From the NCBI GenBank assembly GCA_043228905.1, contig JBHGNT010000016.1:16120001-16184000 (forward strand): DNA of 64,000 nucleotides. Direction: 5' to 3'. Within the stretch, counting starts at the first letter, position 1; every line of letters begins with the position of its first letter. Below, one piece after another: positions 12,110 through 25,590 of this stretch. The stretch comes from Azolla caroliniana (taxonomy: Eukaryota; Plantae; Polypodiophyta). The position numbers were made by a program, and so were the translations under genes. The notes under the pieces were generated by a model, which saw only the letters and a list, made by a program, of their open reading frames with translations, was not told the origin of the DNA and ran no database searches.

Positions 12110-13570
12110 GAGAGAAAGAAAGAAGAAAGAAAGATGTATTAACGTCTTCTAAGGCCAAATTTGGCCCATGAGACAATTGGTTTACAACAATAGAGTATTT
12201 ATCCAGTCATCATAACTAAAAATAAAATTAAGTAAAAAAATAGAACTTAAACTAAAAGAGTTCTAGTAGTGTACAATATGTAGTATACTCGAAAGTGACT
12301 ATACACTAAGCCTAATTTTATTTCCACCCAAGCCTCTCGAAAAGAAGTGGGGGGTCAAAGGGTCTTGATGTGGGTTCCAATGTAGAGAGTGCCCTAGCCA
12401 TGACTTCTAGGCGGTGTAGCTCACGTTCCCTTATTTTTAATATTGCTTCCACATCACGTTGAGTTGTTTTGAAACCCGGCACCCGAGGACGTCTAGTTCT
12501 TCTCTGGTTTTTTGCCTCATCAATGGAAAGGCCGGGTGGTGCAAGTGTGTCGGCATTCGTTGTCTCCTTAGGTTCCTGAAAAACTGCATTTGTTACATGT
12601 TCGTGATCATTAGCAACATTATTGTCAACATTTTGTAATTTATTCTCTCTGTGTTGTTTTAGCTCTAGAATGTATTTGCCTAATTTCTTTATATCTAGAG
12701 TATCTAATAGTTTGGGGAGGGTGGGAGACGGACCAAGTATGTCTTGGTATTTTGCCCTTATCTCGGCATAGGTTGGACACTTGCATGTAAAGTGGTACTC
12801 ATCCTCTATCTCTATGTGACATAACCTACATATCCTTTCCTCCCTAGGGACTCCACTAGTACGGCCATTTTCAATCTCAAGTTGGTGAGACGATATTCTA
12901 AGTTGTCCAATGGCAACCCTTAGTGCATGTGGTAAGAATACATCTAGATATTTTGGCCGTGTGATAAAACCTAACTCAGAGAAGTGCATGAAGTGTTTCT
13001 TATAGTACGACATTTTAGATGGGAGTGGCTCTAGTGGGGTGATCCATTTACACCGAGTGTAAATTTGCCATATTTCTTGGCGTATTACTTTATTGCGGTT
13101 CTCATGAGAGATTAAGGTGTTATCACTCGTGTGGTTGTACCTATGGGAAGGTAGGTTATTAATGTCTAGACCATTCGCAAGAAGCCAAGTCACCATCATG
13201 CCATACCATGAGCTAGTATAGCCGGACTCATACAATGATCGAGAGGCCTTAAAGGCTTGATGAGATATTCTATCATGTGGTTGGCTATGTATCCTATCAA
13301 TAAAGACTACAAGTTGAAAAAGTGCCTCTACTAGCATTGGGGGTAACGTGAACTCGGCCCTAATAATGTCATGTGGTACAGTCGATTTGCTTCGGAGTTG
13401 GCGTGATAGCATCATCACCAATGGTCTCTCTAATTGCGTCCACATGAAGGATGGTAATCCTGGAGCCCAAACCGCTGATGCATACATGAGGGAGGGGGTC
13501 ACTAATGAGTCAAAGAGCCACCCTTTAGTCCGTGGCTCTTGAAAGTGTGCTTGGTGGCATTGTCTCTCTA
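12110..13570 (-). mobile_element. 5'-truncated RTE/RTEX-like LINE with an open ORF2 C-terminus (12318-~13570) and a TCTT-type tail
   Basis: LRISSHQLEIENGR...REERICRLCHIEIEDEYHFTCKCPTY CCHC-type motif. Homologous to 49082-50242. Simple-repeat tail at ~12110-12135. Confidence 0.75.
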
Positions 13571-13574
13571 GGAG

Positions 13575-14890
13575 AGAGAGACTGAGTGGAGCAGACAACA
13601 ATAAAATTCTATTACAAAATGACACTCAATATATACAAATGTGCTTAGAGAGCACTTTAAATAGATGTCGTGACAAGTTTTGACAAGTACTTGAATGCTC
13701 ATTAAGTAAGCCTGACACTAACAACCTATAATATTCCTATTTACTAAAATAGGAATATAGGCCCCTAACGGCCTGCCGGATCCCATCTGACCCGGCCTAG
13801 AGGATCGGTCTTCATCCGATTCGGCTCTCGAATTCTTCAACTAATCCGGGCCTAGCTGATCGTTCTTCATTGATATGGCTCTTGACTTCTTTAGCCAATT
13901 CGACACATGTTGAGCTTGCTCGCTCAACACTCCCCCTCAAGCTCAACTTGAGGTCGGTTCCTTGTGTTAGCATCCTCTAGTTCTTGCTTCCATCTTCTCT
14001 TGGCATCCTTACACTTTGTTTCCACTCCTCATATGGTCTGATCCTACATCCCACGACCTCTACGGTCGGTTGCTCCTGGACCTATCCGGTTCTGCGCACC
14101 TCGACCCCTTCAGTTAGCATGTTTGCTTGTCAGGATCTTTTCAACTCCCTCGTTGTCGCGACATTGGTGGCTTGGACCCGTCTACTCCATTTCAGTGTCG
14201 GCTTCGGCAACCCTCTCGTCTGATTGGCCTTCACCTGATTTGGCTCATCTAGATCACTCTTCTGTACAAATTCGGCTATCTCGGATTCATCTTTTCCTAG
14301 GCCCTCGACCAATCTAACCACATCCTAGTCTTGGTCTTTATCTTAAGGTTAGTTCTGCCATTCTTGGCTCTACCACCTGCCTCACTTCCCCCTTGTTCTG
14401 TTGGCTCCGACTCTGGCTCCTTCTTTTGGCCACTCCCTCTACATTCATCATTGGCTTCTTCAGTCATCCTGGCTTTTCCGACTTCAGCTCTCTCCCTCTT
14501 GCTCTTGCTTTCTCGACTTCTCGCCCTCAAGTTCGGCATGTCGAGGTGTTGTATGCCAAGCATGCTCGAGAATTGCCGCAACTTGTCCATGCTTAGAGGT
14601 TTGGTGAGAATGTTGGCCACCCGCTGATTAGTCGGAACATATCGCAGTTCCACTTCACCTCAGAGAACTCACTTACGGAAAAAATGATAGTGCACCTCAA
14701 TGTGCTTGGTCCAAGCATGGAAAATGGGTTCTTCGCAAGTTGGATGCTATTGAGGTTATCACAGTATATCACTATCACTCTAGACACCTCCACATGTAGA
14801 TCCTTCAAGAGCCTCTAAAGCCACATACGAAGCCACTCCTCAGTATTCGGCCTCCATGCTCTATAGTGCAACTATTGACTACTTCTTATT
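13575..14890 (-). mobile_element. Copia C0: truncated 3' LTR (to 13929), PPT, 3' region and RNaseH; host of the large nested block
   Basis: Minus strand GAGGGGGAG|TGTTGAG at 13929. RNaseH motifs IYCDNLNSIQLAKNP and ANILTKPL. Broken at 14890 by the C1 LTR. Confidence 0.8.
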
Positions 14891-15480
14891 TGTAAAAGAA
14901 TAGCGTGCGGAAGCAATAGAAAACCGAACACAGAAATGCAGGTTTAATGGAGAGCTTGAATATACAGAGTACGCGGGAGAGACAGATGTTGTCCGCCGGA
15001 ATAGTAATCGACGGCCAAAAGTGTAGGAATAAGAAACTATATAAGAGCATAACGTATGTAACGGTTCACGCAGGAAGCATGAACGGCTAATTAGACCTTG
15101 CATATATAAAGGGCAGAAAACCTCTTATGGAGGTGCGTGTAAATTTTGGGGAATGTAAAGAACGCCTGATAATAGAATTCTATCTTCTCTGAGTTTTTGT
15201 GTATAGTTGCGGCTAATTCAGTGTCTGTGTCTCGTATACTTAAGCGTAGTAGTACATAAGTGTAACCTGTGATAAGGATTCGGTTGTAGCCATCTTCCCT
15301 TATACGCGGAGGACTAACAGAGGTTCTCTCCTCACGCAGTACGCTTAAACCCAGTTCATTGTTCCACACCCACCTTGGGGTCTAGGTCGAAGGACTGACC
15401 ACAGACCGTGTTCCTAAGAGGCAATACTTTTGGCATGCTTGGTGATCTGTGTTTCCTCACAGACGAGCAACAACGGATGG

Positions 15481-17750
15481 ATGTTTAGCCGCAGAAGACC
15501 TAGAGAACCAACAAGACAAGACCGGCCAATAACAAGGTCCGTCACACGCCATGCAGAAGAACGCGCCCGACAAAAGCCGCGCATCAACGACCTTAGTACT
15601 ACCTGCCGGGAGTGCAAAGGGGATTCTTTGCTCCCCAAATACCTCGACGAGACGAGGGGACCACGCTCACCGCAGCCACCCGGTGACCTTTTCCGATCCG
15701 CCATAGCTCCCACGATGGCCTTTGCCTACCCTTGCTTTAACGGCGAAACCGACGCCGCAACTCATATTTGCATGTTCTTGAATGTTTGGAATGCGAACCA
15801 CATGGCGCAGAATCTCTCCGAGACGGTGGCACACCAGTCGAAAATGATGGAGTTCGGATTAACATTAGATAGGCATGCGGCGTTCTGGCATTCACAGATG
15901 GACTTACCAGCCATAACAACCTTCGATCAACTATAGTCCGCCTTCTTGCGATTCTTCCATCAGAGGGTTCCACAACGTGAGATTCTCGGGCAGTTTTATA
16001 CAATTATGAAACTACCGACCGAGACGATAGCAGACTTCAGCTTACGTTTCCAAAATTTACGACGGAAACTGGATCGAAGCCCCGCGGAGGAGGAGGCTCG
16101 GGAGACAATTCTGGCAGCGTTACGTCGGCCCATCCGGGCAACGCTCAACAAGAATAGCGTGAAAGGGGAAACGGCGGATATGGTGATTGAACGAGCGTTA
16201 CAGCTCAAGTTGGATGACGAGGAGGAGAGGTTTTCGATGTCATCCTTACGACAAGCGTTACCTCAGGATGAGGAACGCCAATTTCGTCAAGCAATCCAGT
16301 GCACGATTTGCTTGAACTCGGGGCATTCCGCGGTGGAGTGCAATATGCGAATCCACTACCCAATCTGGCACTCGAAGGTTCACATAGTCGACCAATGTGA
16401 GTACAATATGTTAAACAGAGCCACTCCCGCGGTCTGCAGCATGGACACACAACGTCAACCGCACCGGGCGGAACAAAGGAGGCAAGAAGACTGACCCCGG
16501 TATAAGGATCGCAACCCGCGGGAGGACCCGTACAACCGGAATCGCTGGAATCACAACGAGTCCGAGGAGGATGACCCGGAGGACGAGGATTATCGTGGAC
16601 ATCCGAGTTACGCCAAAGGGGGTCGGCGATACGAACATTAACGCTCGACAAACAAACGGGGCGGCTTCAATGGCTATTGGGGTAATCCTCGACAATATAG
16701 GGATCACTCACGTTACGACGAAAGCTCGGGGGACGAGCGGTACCAGGAACAACGACGGGACCAACAGCAGCCACCGCGTACATTCCGACAAACGAGGCCG
16801 GACCGCGAAGAGCAAGTAGCGCCCGGAGAGCAACACACTCCACCTGGGGCTGAGAAGGGAGAATCAAGGATCCATTGTTTTATTTGTCAGCAACTTGGAC
16901 ACTATGCCACGCAATGTCCAACACGCAAGGGAAAGGGGCCCACCGTTAATACGATTACGGCGGAGGTGCAACAAGTCACAACACGCCAACAAACAAAAAC
17001 GACGGATTGGGCTACGCATGACGAGGTACGAAGACAAGCCCAAGCCTGGGTGGAAAAAGCAAACGCGACCAATACGGAACGTATGCGGCAGGAGTCCGCG
17101 AACACAATGGAGCGAACAGAGAACGAAAGACCGGGGCCGGACCCCATTTGGCAGGTGTTAGCAGGCTGTGAAATCACGTTGACTATGGAAAAACTGCTAT
17201 AGCTAGTTCCATGTTTCCGCCAGACCATGGAAGCACAGGTGGCGGGCAGGCCCGGGGCGAGCGTTGCCACAAACCTAACAGACGTCAACGATGGACCACC
17301 GGTGCTGGATTAGCACAACCCGACTATTACAATAATATTGCACGAACAGGAAGTTCCTGGATGCGTAATCGACGACGGCTCAGGCGTCAATGTGATTAGC
17401 ACGAAAACTTGCGAACAGTTAGGCATTTCCGAATGGGAGGCGTGTCCATTCTGGCTCCGCATGCATGGCAGATACCCGATCAGTACGACCGTTGGGGCTA
17501 ATTCGCAGAATAGGCATCATCGTGGGCGGACACCGCTTCAACATATCGGCGATCGTCCTCGCTTTGGACGCCCCAGGAGCGTACCTAGTGCTTCTGGACA
17601 GACCATGGCTTCGGACAACAAATATCAAGCAGAGCTGGCAACACGAGTGTATCAATTTCCGGCATGGACGCACCAAGGTTCGTGTACCTACGGAAGGCAA
17701 CACGCCACAACCTTAGGGTATAACACCGTTATACGCGGAAGACATAAATA
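15481..17750 (+). pseudogene. G1 gag/protease (decayed) with up to three zinc knuckles
   Basis: FNGETDAATHICMFLNVW, CTICLNSGHSAVEC, a degenerate second knuckle, CFICQQLGHYATQC (~16875-16918), VIDDGSGVNVI. In-frame stops and a 4-bp duplication near 17461. Confidence 0.8.
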
Positions 17751-19357
17751 TGCTGGCTAGGGTGGAGGATGCCGAATTGGAAGCGTACCTTGACGAACAT
17801 CCTCGGATTATTCCGCTGTTCGAAATAGATGTCATCGCAAGTACGACAGAATATACTACGGCCATTGTTCCGCACGAAGAGCCGTACGAACCAAACCCAG
17901 AATCCATATTGGAACTCAACAGAGCACGGGCGGCATTCGAAAGGGAAATGGAGATTTCACGACGAGTCACCGCTTCCGCTCTCGACGAAGTGAATGTGGG
18001 TACGGAATCGGAACCCCGGTTCCTCTCCATAGCAAAGAAATTGAGGCCGGACCAGAGAATCACAATGATCGCACTACTCACGGAATATAAAGATGTGTTC
18101 GCTTGGGCTCACAAGCACATGAAGGGGTTAGATCCCAAGTTCTATCAGCATAAGATCAATTTAGCAACTGACGCGAAACCTGTCCAGCAGCGCCGCTACC
18201 GCATGAACCCCAATTACGCGACCCGCGTGAAAAAAGAAATTGACAAGCTGCTGAGGGCGGGGTTCATACGGCCAGTTAAACAAGCGACATGGCTAAGCCC
18301 GATAGTGGTTGTCCCAAAGAAAAACGGCAAAATATGGGTATGCGTAGATTACCGAAAATTAAACGCCGTAACCATTACGGACGCATTTCCCTTACCCTTC
18401 ATTGATAGCGTACTGGATGCCGTTGCAGGCCATGAGATGTACAGTTTCTTAGATGGCTTCAGTGGCTATAACCAAGTATGCATGCACCCCAAGGACCAGG
18501 AGAAGACAACGTTTGTCACGGACTGGGGAGTATATGTGGCGGTCGTCATGATGTTCGGGCTAAAGACAACGCCGGCAACATTTCAACGAACGATTACGGA
18601 GATCTTTGGGGAATACATTCCGGCGTTCATGCAAGTCTTTTTAGACGATTTTGCGGTACATGGGCAAACAAAAGACCATTTTTCGCACTTATGTCTATGC
18701 CTGGAATGTTGCCGCACCACACGCTTAAGCCTGAATCTCGTGAAATGTGCCTTCGGCGTGACCAACAGGACTCTCCTAGGCCACATTGTCAGCAAAGAAG
18801 GAATAGCGGTCGACCCAAACAAGATCTCCGCCATTACGCAAGCTAAAACTCCGACAAATGCTAAATCACTTAGCCGATTTTTGGGCCAAATACAGTGGCA
18901 TAGTCGGATGATACGGTATTTGGCGGACTTCGCCACGCCACTACACACTGCCGTACATCAGACTCCTTTCCAATGGACTGCAATAGAGGATACGACCTAT
19001 GAGGCACTTAAGATAATGCTCACACAGGCCCCCGTCGTACAACCTCCAGTTTGGGCGAAGCCATTCCACGTGTTCGTCGACGCCTCGGACATAGCAATAG
19101 GAAGCGCGCTAATGCAACTCACCGAACCAAACTGGTATAGGCCAGTATACTACGCAAGTCGTAAATTGTCAGTAGTAGAGCGTAACTATTCCACAACAAA
19201 GCGGGAGGCGCTAGGGATGATCTATAACATCAATAAATTCCGACATTATTTACTAGGACGGAAATTCACATTCCATGTGGATCATTCGGCATTATTGTAT
19301 TTGGTGGAGAAACAAGACTTGACAGGGAAATTGGCGCGGTGGATGCTGCTGCTCTAG
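17750..19357 (+). CDS. G1 reverse transcriptase-RNaseH; integrase continues at 19360-19984 and 25596-26450 with stops
   Basis: VCVDYRKLN, FLDGFSGYNQ, VFLDDF, VFVDASDIAIG. Integrase GLWWPT...CDLCQ, WGLDFVGP, TDYCTKWVEA, ISDQGSHF. Confidence 0.92.
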   Translation: MLARVEDAELEAYLDEHPRIIPLFEIDVIASTTEYTTAIVPHEEPYEPNPESILELNRARAAFEREMEISRRVTASALDEVNVGTESEPRFLSIAKKLRPDQRITMIALLTEYKDVFAWAHKHMKGLDPKFYQHKINLATDAKPVQQRRYRMNPNYATRVKKEIDKLLRAGFIRPVKQATWLSPIVVVPKKNGKIWVCVDYRKLNAVTITDAFPLPFIDSVLDAVAGHEMYSFLDGFSGYNQVCMHPKDQEKTTFVTDWGVYVAVVMMFGLKTTPATFQRTITEIFGEYIPAFMQVFLDDFAVHGQTKDHFSHLCLCLECCRTTRLSLNLVKCAFGVTNRTLLGHIVSKEGIAVDPNKISAITQAKTPTNAKSLSRFLGQIQWHSRMIRYLADFATPLHTAVHQTPFQWTAIEDTTYEALKIMLTQAPVVQPPVWAKPFHVFVDASDIAIGSALMQLTEPNWYRPVYYASRKLSVVERNYSTTKREALGMIYNINKFRHYLLGRKFTFHVDHSALLYLVEKQDLTGKLARWMLLL

Positions 19358-19984
19358 GAATTCGAGTTCGTAATTCAGCACCGACCAAGACGCAACACGC
19401 AGTCGCGGATTTTTTGAGCAGACTTGAGAATGGAGAAACAGTACAGAAGACGACGACGATTTTCCGGACGCCGACATCTGGCGAGTAGCGACACTTGTAG
19501 AAAAAACGGAATCCACCTTCCTGGACCGACGGCTTATGGAAATGACGTACTTTTTAACTACAAGACTACCTCCACCACAATTACGCACGGACAAGCAGAA
19601 ACGACTAGCTGTCCGAAGCTGTCACTTCTGCCTTGTCGAAGGAAATTTATATCACAAAGGAAGTGACGGCATTTGGTGACGTGGAGTCCGTCAGGATGAG
19701 AAAGAAGCAGTTTTACGAGAGGCACACTGCGGCACGGCCGACGGCCATTACATGGGCAACGTGACAGCCTGCAAAGTATGGCAGGCGGGCTTATGGTGGC
19801 CAACAACGCAGAAGGACGCATCCGAGTATTGTAGAAAGTGTGATTTGTGCCAGCGGACGGGTCAGCCCGCGGAGGATGCAAGGATGCCACACCAGCCCGT
19901 ATTACCGCTAGAGCCCTTCCAAAAGTGGGGATTGGATTTTGTTGGGCCCTTCACACCAGCAGCGGCCCGTACGGGCAACAAATA

Positions 19985-22900
19985 TGTAGAAAGTAATGTG
20001 CGGAAGTAAGTATGAAGACTGAACAGAAGGAAACTCAGGTTCAATGGAGAGCTTGAGCTTACACGGTATACACGGGAGAGACAGAGAGAGTGAGAGAGAA
20101 GACACAAAAAACTATATTCAACAATAATACTCAGTCTGTACATAAGACGTGCTCAGTGAACACTTTTATACAAGTCCTAGAAGGACTAACCGAAGTATTG
20201 ATAGTACTTCAATGCTCATCAAGAGCTCCTACACTAACTCCCAAATATATTCCTCACGGAATATCTTTCCTAACGACCTCCCGGTTTACGCACTCGGCCT
20301 AACCGATCGGTCCCAACCGATCCGGTCCTCGGCTTCTTCAGCCGATCCGGCCGATGTTGAGCTTGTCTCTCAACAGTCCCCCTCAAGCTCAACTCGAGGC
20401 TCTTCGGGATCCTCGGGCTCACAGCTCCGGTTCCTCCTGGCTTCACGCCTCGCTCGCGCTCCTCGACCTGTTCGACTCTGCGCGCTTCGACCCTTCCGGT
20501 CGGCTTGTCTGCTCATGCGGTCCTTATCAGCTCTTCTGCTGTTGCGGTGTTGACTCTTCTCCTGCTGCCTTTTCTTCCACTTGGGCCTCGGTTTTCGCTC
20601 TCGTCCGAGTTGGTTGTCTCCAACTCGTCTTCGGTCTTCTCGTCCTCGATTGCGTCATCTCCCCCATGCGTGGTTGGCTTCGGTTCTCTCCTTCGGTTGC
20701 TCCCCTTCTGTCTGCTTTCGGACTTTTCCGTGGGTTCGCCCTCGGCTTCTTCAGCTGATCCGAACTCGAACTCGACAACCGAGTCTACCGACTCGGACTC
20801 GGTGTCGCGGTCTCCGCTCCTTTCCTACTACCTTGCTTGGTCGTTCGGGACTGTTCTCCCCGTCAAGGTCGGCACATCGAGGTGACGCAACCCGAGCGCA
20901 CCTGAGAATTGCCGCAACTTGTCCAGACCAAGCGGCTTTGTGAAGATGTCGGCAGTCTGCCGATTCGTCGGAACGTATTGAAGTTCAACTTCACCGGAAA
21001 GGACACGCTCACGGACGAAATGGTAGTGCAACTCAATGTGCTTGGTACGTGCGTGGAAAACGGGGTTCTTCGTGAGCTGGATGTAGCTGAGGTTGTCGCT
21101 GTAGATCATCGTTGGATCTGACACCTCCACGTGCAGGTCCTTAAGTAGCCGCTTCAACCATATGGCTTCGCATGTCACGACAACCGCTCCTCGATACTCA
21201 GTTTCGATGCTCGACAGTGCAACTGTCGGCTGCTTCTTACTACTCCACGTGATCGCGGCACTCCCGAGGGAGAACGCGTATCCAGACGTGGATCGGCGAT
21301 CGGCGGTGTTGCCAACCCAATCAGCATCGGTGTAGCCAACTAACTGTGTGGCTGCACCGGTCCGATATAGCAGTCCTCGGTCCTTAGTGCCACTTACGTA
21401 CCGCAGTACGCATTGCGCACACTGAAGGTGCTCCTCGGTAGGTCGCGCCATGAACTGACTAATCACCCTGACTGGATAACTGAGGTCGGGTCGGGTGATG
21501 GTCAAGTATATGAGGCTTCCGACAATTTGTCGGAACCTCGTCGGGTTGCATACCTTTCCCGTATCGGGACGAAGCTTGACGGTTCTGTCCAGAGGAGTCG
21601 AGACGGACTTACAGTCGGCGATCCCGAGTTTTATCAATATGCCTTCGAGGGTACGGATCACTTCGATCCTGAGGAAGTAATGAAGGTCCGCCAGATCCTT
21701 CATGTCGAACGATGCCACAAGCTGGAGCTTCACGCGGTTGATTTCACCTAGGTCAGCGCCGGTGATGACCAAGTCATCAACATATAGTAAAATACTAACC
21801 GGTCCGAGTCGACCTTTCTGGATGAACAGGGAAGAGTCCGATTTTGTCGTGACGAAGCCCATCCGACGCAGTTGTTGCGTGATCTTCGCGTTCCAGGCAC
21901 GCGGGGCTTGCTTCAGTCCGTAAAGGGACTTCTTCAGTCGGCATACTGCCGAGGAGTTCGTTCCGGAGTGAAATCCGGGGGGCTGTACCATGTACACTTG
22001 TTCCTCAAGGTCACCTTGCAGGAATGCATTCTTTACATCCATTTGATGTAGGTGCCACCCCTTGGCCGCTGCTACTGTGAGCAAAACACGGACGGTTGTC
22101 ATTTTCGCGACCGGCGCAAACGTCTCATCGTAGTCGATGCCGTGTTTCTGCGCGTAGCCCTTTGCCACCAGCTGAGCCTTGTACCGGTTGACCGAGCCAT
22201 CGGTGTTGTACTTGACCTTGTACACCCACCTACACCCGATCGGTTTTACCCCTTTTAGTGCGTCAACTAGGTCCTAGGTCTCGTTCTCCGCCAATGCGTG
22301 CATCTTTTCCTCCATCGCGGCACGCCAATTCGCATCTTTAACCGCTTCTGCGTAGCTCTCCGGTTCACGCACTTCCGCTACACGGGTCATGCACGCATAA
22401 TGATGCGCCATGTACTCGTTGTATCCGAACCGCAAAACAAGGTTCTTCTGGCGGGTAGATCAGCGTAATCTCACATCAGCTAATGTCGAGGTCTTCTCGG
22501 TCGACGCGGTCTTCATCTTTAAAAACCCGTCACCGGTTCCGTCGGAGTCGGACTCGCGTCGGTCTAACTCGTTCTTATCCGTGCCGGAATCCGACACGTT
22601 CTTCTTCCCTTTCTCTTTGCGCGTAAGCCGTCTCCTCGGCTTCTTGCGTGGGGAATGCACGGCCGAGTCTCTACTACTCGCTGGCTCTTCATCGGACTGG
22701 TCGTACCGACTTCGTCGTCCAATCGGTCCACTTAACCGGAGTGAAATCGGACTCTCTTCGCGGGTCTCGATTTCGGGCTCATTCGGAGGCATCTCGGCCT
22801 CGCTGACCTCATCGTCAGAGCTCGGATTGGGGGCAGGGTTCAGAGTTGGGGGCAGGTACCAGGATGCGGACTCGTCAAACACAACGTCGCGGTTGACACG

Positions 22901-25590
22901 CGCTTGTTTGGTGCGAGGGTTATAGCACTTATAACCCTTCTGCTCGTTCGAGTAACCGACCAAGATGCATTTCTCGGCCTTTGCGTCCAACTTCCTCCTT
23001 TTCTCCTTCGGTACATGCACATATGCAATGCTACCGAACACCCTCAAGTGTCGTAAGTTCGGCTTCGTTCCGAAATATAGCTCGTGCGCTAACACTTTGT
23101 CTCCGATCCGGTTCTGGATGTATACCGCGGTCCTTACCGCCTCGGCCCAATAGAACTTGGGCAAGCTCTTCTTCTCCAGCATTGCCTGTGCCGCTTCCAC
23201 AACTGACCGATTCTTCCTCTCGGCCACGCCGTTCTGCTCCGGCGTGTATCTACAATTGAATTCACGCCGAATTCCCATTTGCTGTAGATAACCGTTGAAT
23301 TGACCAGAAAAGTACTCTTTCCCGCCATCCGACCGCAGGCAGTTGATCTTTCGTCCTGTTTCCGTTTCCACGAACCCTTTGAGGTCCCGGAAACAGTCGA
23401 AGACTTCGCTCTTCCTCTCAATGAGGTAGATCCACGTGTGCCGCGTGTGGTCGTCGATGAAGGAGACGAAATATCGGCTCCCGCCAAGACTAACGTTTTG
23501 TGCCGGCCCCCATACATCGGAGTGTATAAGGTCGAGCTTGTTCCGCCTCCGGTTTCGCTCGTTGGGGAAGGGAAGCCGATGTTGCTTCCCGAGCTGGTAG
23601 GCTTCACAAATTTGTGCCTTTCGGCCACTAAATTTGGGCAATCTAAACACTACCTGTTTCGATTGCAGATCTTGAAGCCGCTGGTAGTTGACGTGGCCTA
23701 TCCGCTTGTGCCACAAGTCGATGTCCGACTCGTTTTTTTGTCCCTTCGCGAACATTGCGGTGCCGCCATCAGTGGAATCGAGGATGAACATCCTCCCGTC
23801 TCTGCGCCCTTGCGCAATCACACGGCCTTCTTCCTCAATGAAGCACCCGAGGTGTGTAAACCGAACCTCCATCCCTTGGTCGACGATCTGTCCGACCGAG
23901 ACCAAGTTTTTCGTGATTGTCGGAACGTGCAGTACGTTCATGAGTTTCCCTTTCTGCCCGACATGGCTAAGGGGAACTTCTCCGACATTCGCGATCGGAT
24001 GCGGAGTGTCGTCTCCAGTTGCGACTACTCCAGGTTGTATCGGTTTTTCAAGGTACGAGAACCACTCTTTATGGCTCGTCATGTGGTTTGACGTGCCAGA
24101 GTCTACGTACCACACCTCGTCTGATCTCGGGGTGGTCTGTTTCATTGAGTTTGCTTCGTGTCTCGTCACGAAGGCAGACCCTTCTCCGTCTCTCCCGGAG
24201 TCTTCGGCGTAGTGCGATCGCTGCCGACTTCCCTTGTCGGTATGTCCGGAGCCGTTTCTGGAACCGGTTCTCTCCGAATCGGCGCGCTTCTTCTAGCACT
24301 CACTTTCCCTGTGGCCTTTCTTGCCACAGTACTAGCACTCCGCGATGGCCTTCCCTTGCTGGTTCTCATCGCTTCGACTCCCCCTATTTCCGGAGGGTCC
24401 GGAGTTGCTGTCCGCATCACTTCGGTGCCTTCTTCCTTGATATCGTCGGCCGCCTCCATTGTACGCCGACTCGCCTCGTCCTCCACGTCCACGGGGCCTA
24501 TCTTCCTCCGTGTACAACATTCTGATGTCGGTGTGCGTGCTTGTAGACGCACCCGCGTGGTTCTCCTCTACTAGGAGCATCGACTGTAAGTCAAAAAAGG
24601 ACGGCGTATTCTCCCGGGTACACACAGCCGTTCGGAACACTCCGAACTTCGACGCCAAACCTCCGAGACAGATCTGGACCATCTCGCTCTCCTCGATGTT
24701 CACCTCTATGGAGGCGAGGGAGTCGAAGATATCCTTGATCTTCGAGGTATAGTCCGCCACCGACAAGTCGCGTTGTCGTAGGTTGCTCAACTCCTGTCGG
24801 AGCTGAAGCTTCCTGGCTGTGGTGCTCGCGGCGAAAATCTTCTTCAGATTTTCCCACGCACCCTTCGGCGTCTTTGCATCCCGAACATAGCTCAATAGCT
24901 GTTCGCCCACACACGACGCGAAGAAATACAATACCCTGCTCGCCGATTGCTCCCACGACGGGAAGTCTCTGTGTGTCAATTCGGGTGCCGCGTCATTAGC
25001 TCCTTCGACATAACTCCAGTAGCCGTGCCCGAGCAGGTACTAGTGCATCTTGTAGGACCAAGACGCATAGTTGGTTCTGTCGAGCTTCTCTGTTGGAAGC
25101 GAGCTCGCCATGCCTCTATCCATCGTTCTTCTTGTTCTTCTTCGTCAAGCTGTGTCGGCTACAGAGAGGTTCTCAACCTTCGCGCTCTAGTACCATGTAG
25201 AAAGTAACGTGCGGAAGCAAGTATGAAGACCGAACAGAAGGAAGGAAACTCAGGTTCAATGGAGAGCTTGAGCTTACACGGTATACGCGGGAGAGACAGA
25301 GAGAGTGAGAGAGAAGACACAAAAAACTATATTCAACAATAATACTCAGTCTGTACATAAGACGTGCTCAGTGAACACTTTTATACAAGTCCTAGAAGGA
25401 CTGACCGAAATATTGACAGTACTTCAATGCTCATCAAGAGCTCCTACACTAACTCCCAAATATATTCCTCACGGAATATCTTTCCTAACGACCTCCCGGT
25501 TTACGTACTCGGCCTAACCGATTGGTCCCAACCGATCCGGTCTTCGGCTTCTTCAGCCGATCCGGCCGACGTTGAGCTTGTCTCTCAACA
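19985..25590 (-). mobile_element. Near-complete Copia C2 inserted in the G1 integrase
   Basis: LTRs 19985-20375 and 25196-25590. TSD AAATA. PBS TGGTACTAGAGC. gag 24332-25111, PR/INT 22460-24169 (WYVDSGTSNHM, HSDVWGP), RT/RH 20828-22225 (LLYVDD, GYTDADW). A few TGG-to-TAG type stops. Confidence 0.95.

Noticed and set aside
12318-13625. The 435-aa ORF as a host or chimeric gene
   Set aside because: It is a LINE ORF2 C-terminus. The first ~20 codons come by chance from the adjacent LTR, and there is no expression evidence.
20090-24600. Long + strand ORFs opposite Copia C2, and similar ones opposite G2
   Set aside because: Antisense shadows of GC-rich pol and gag codons.
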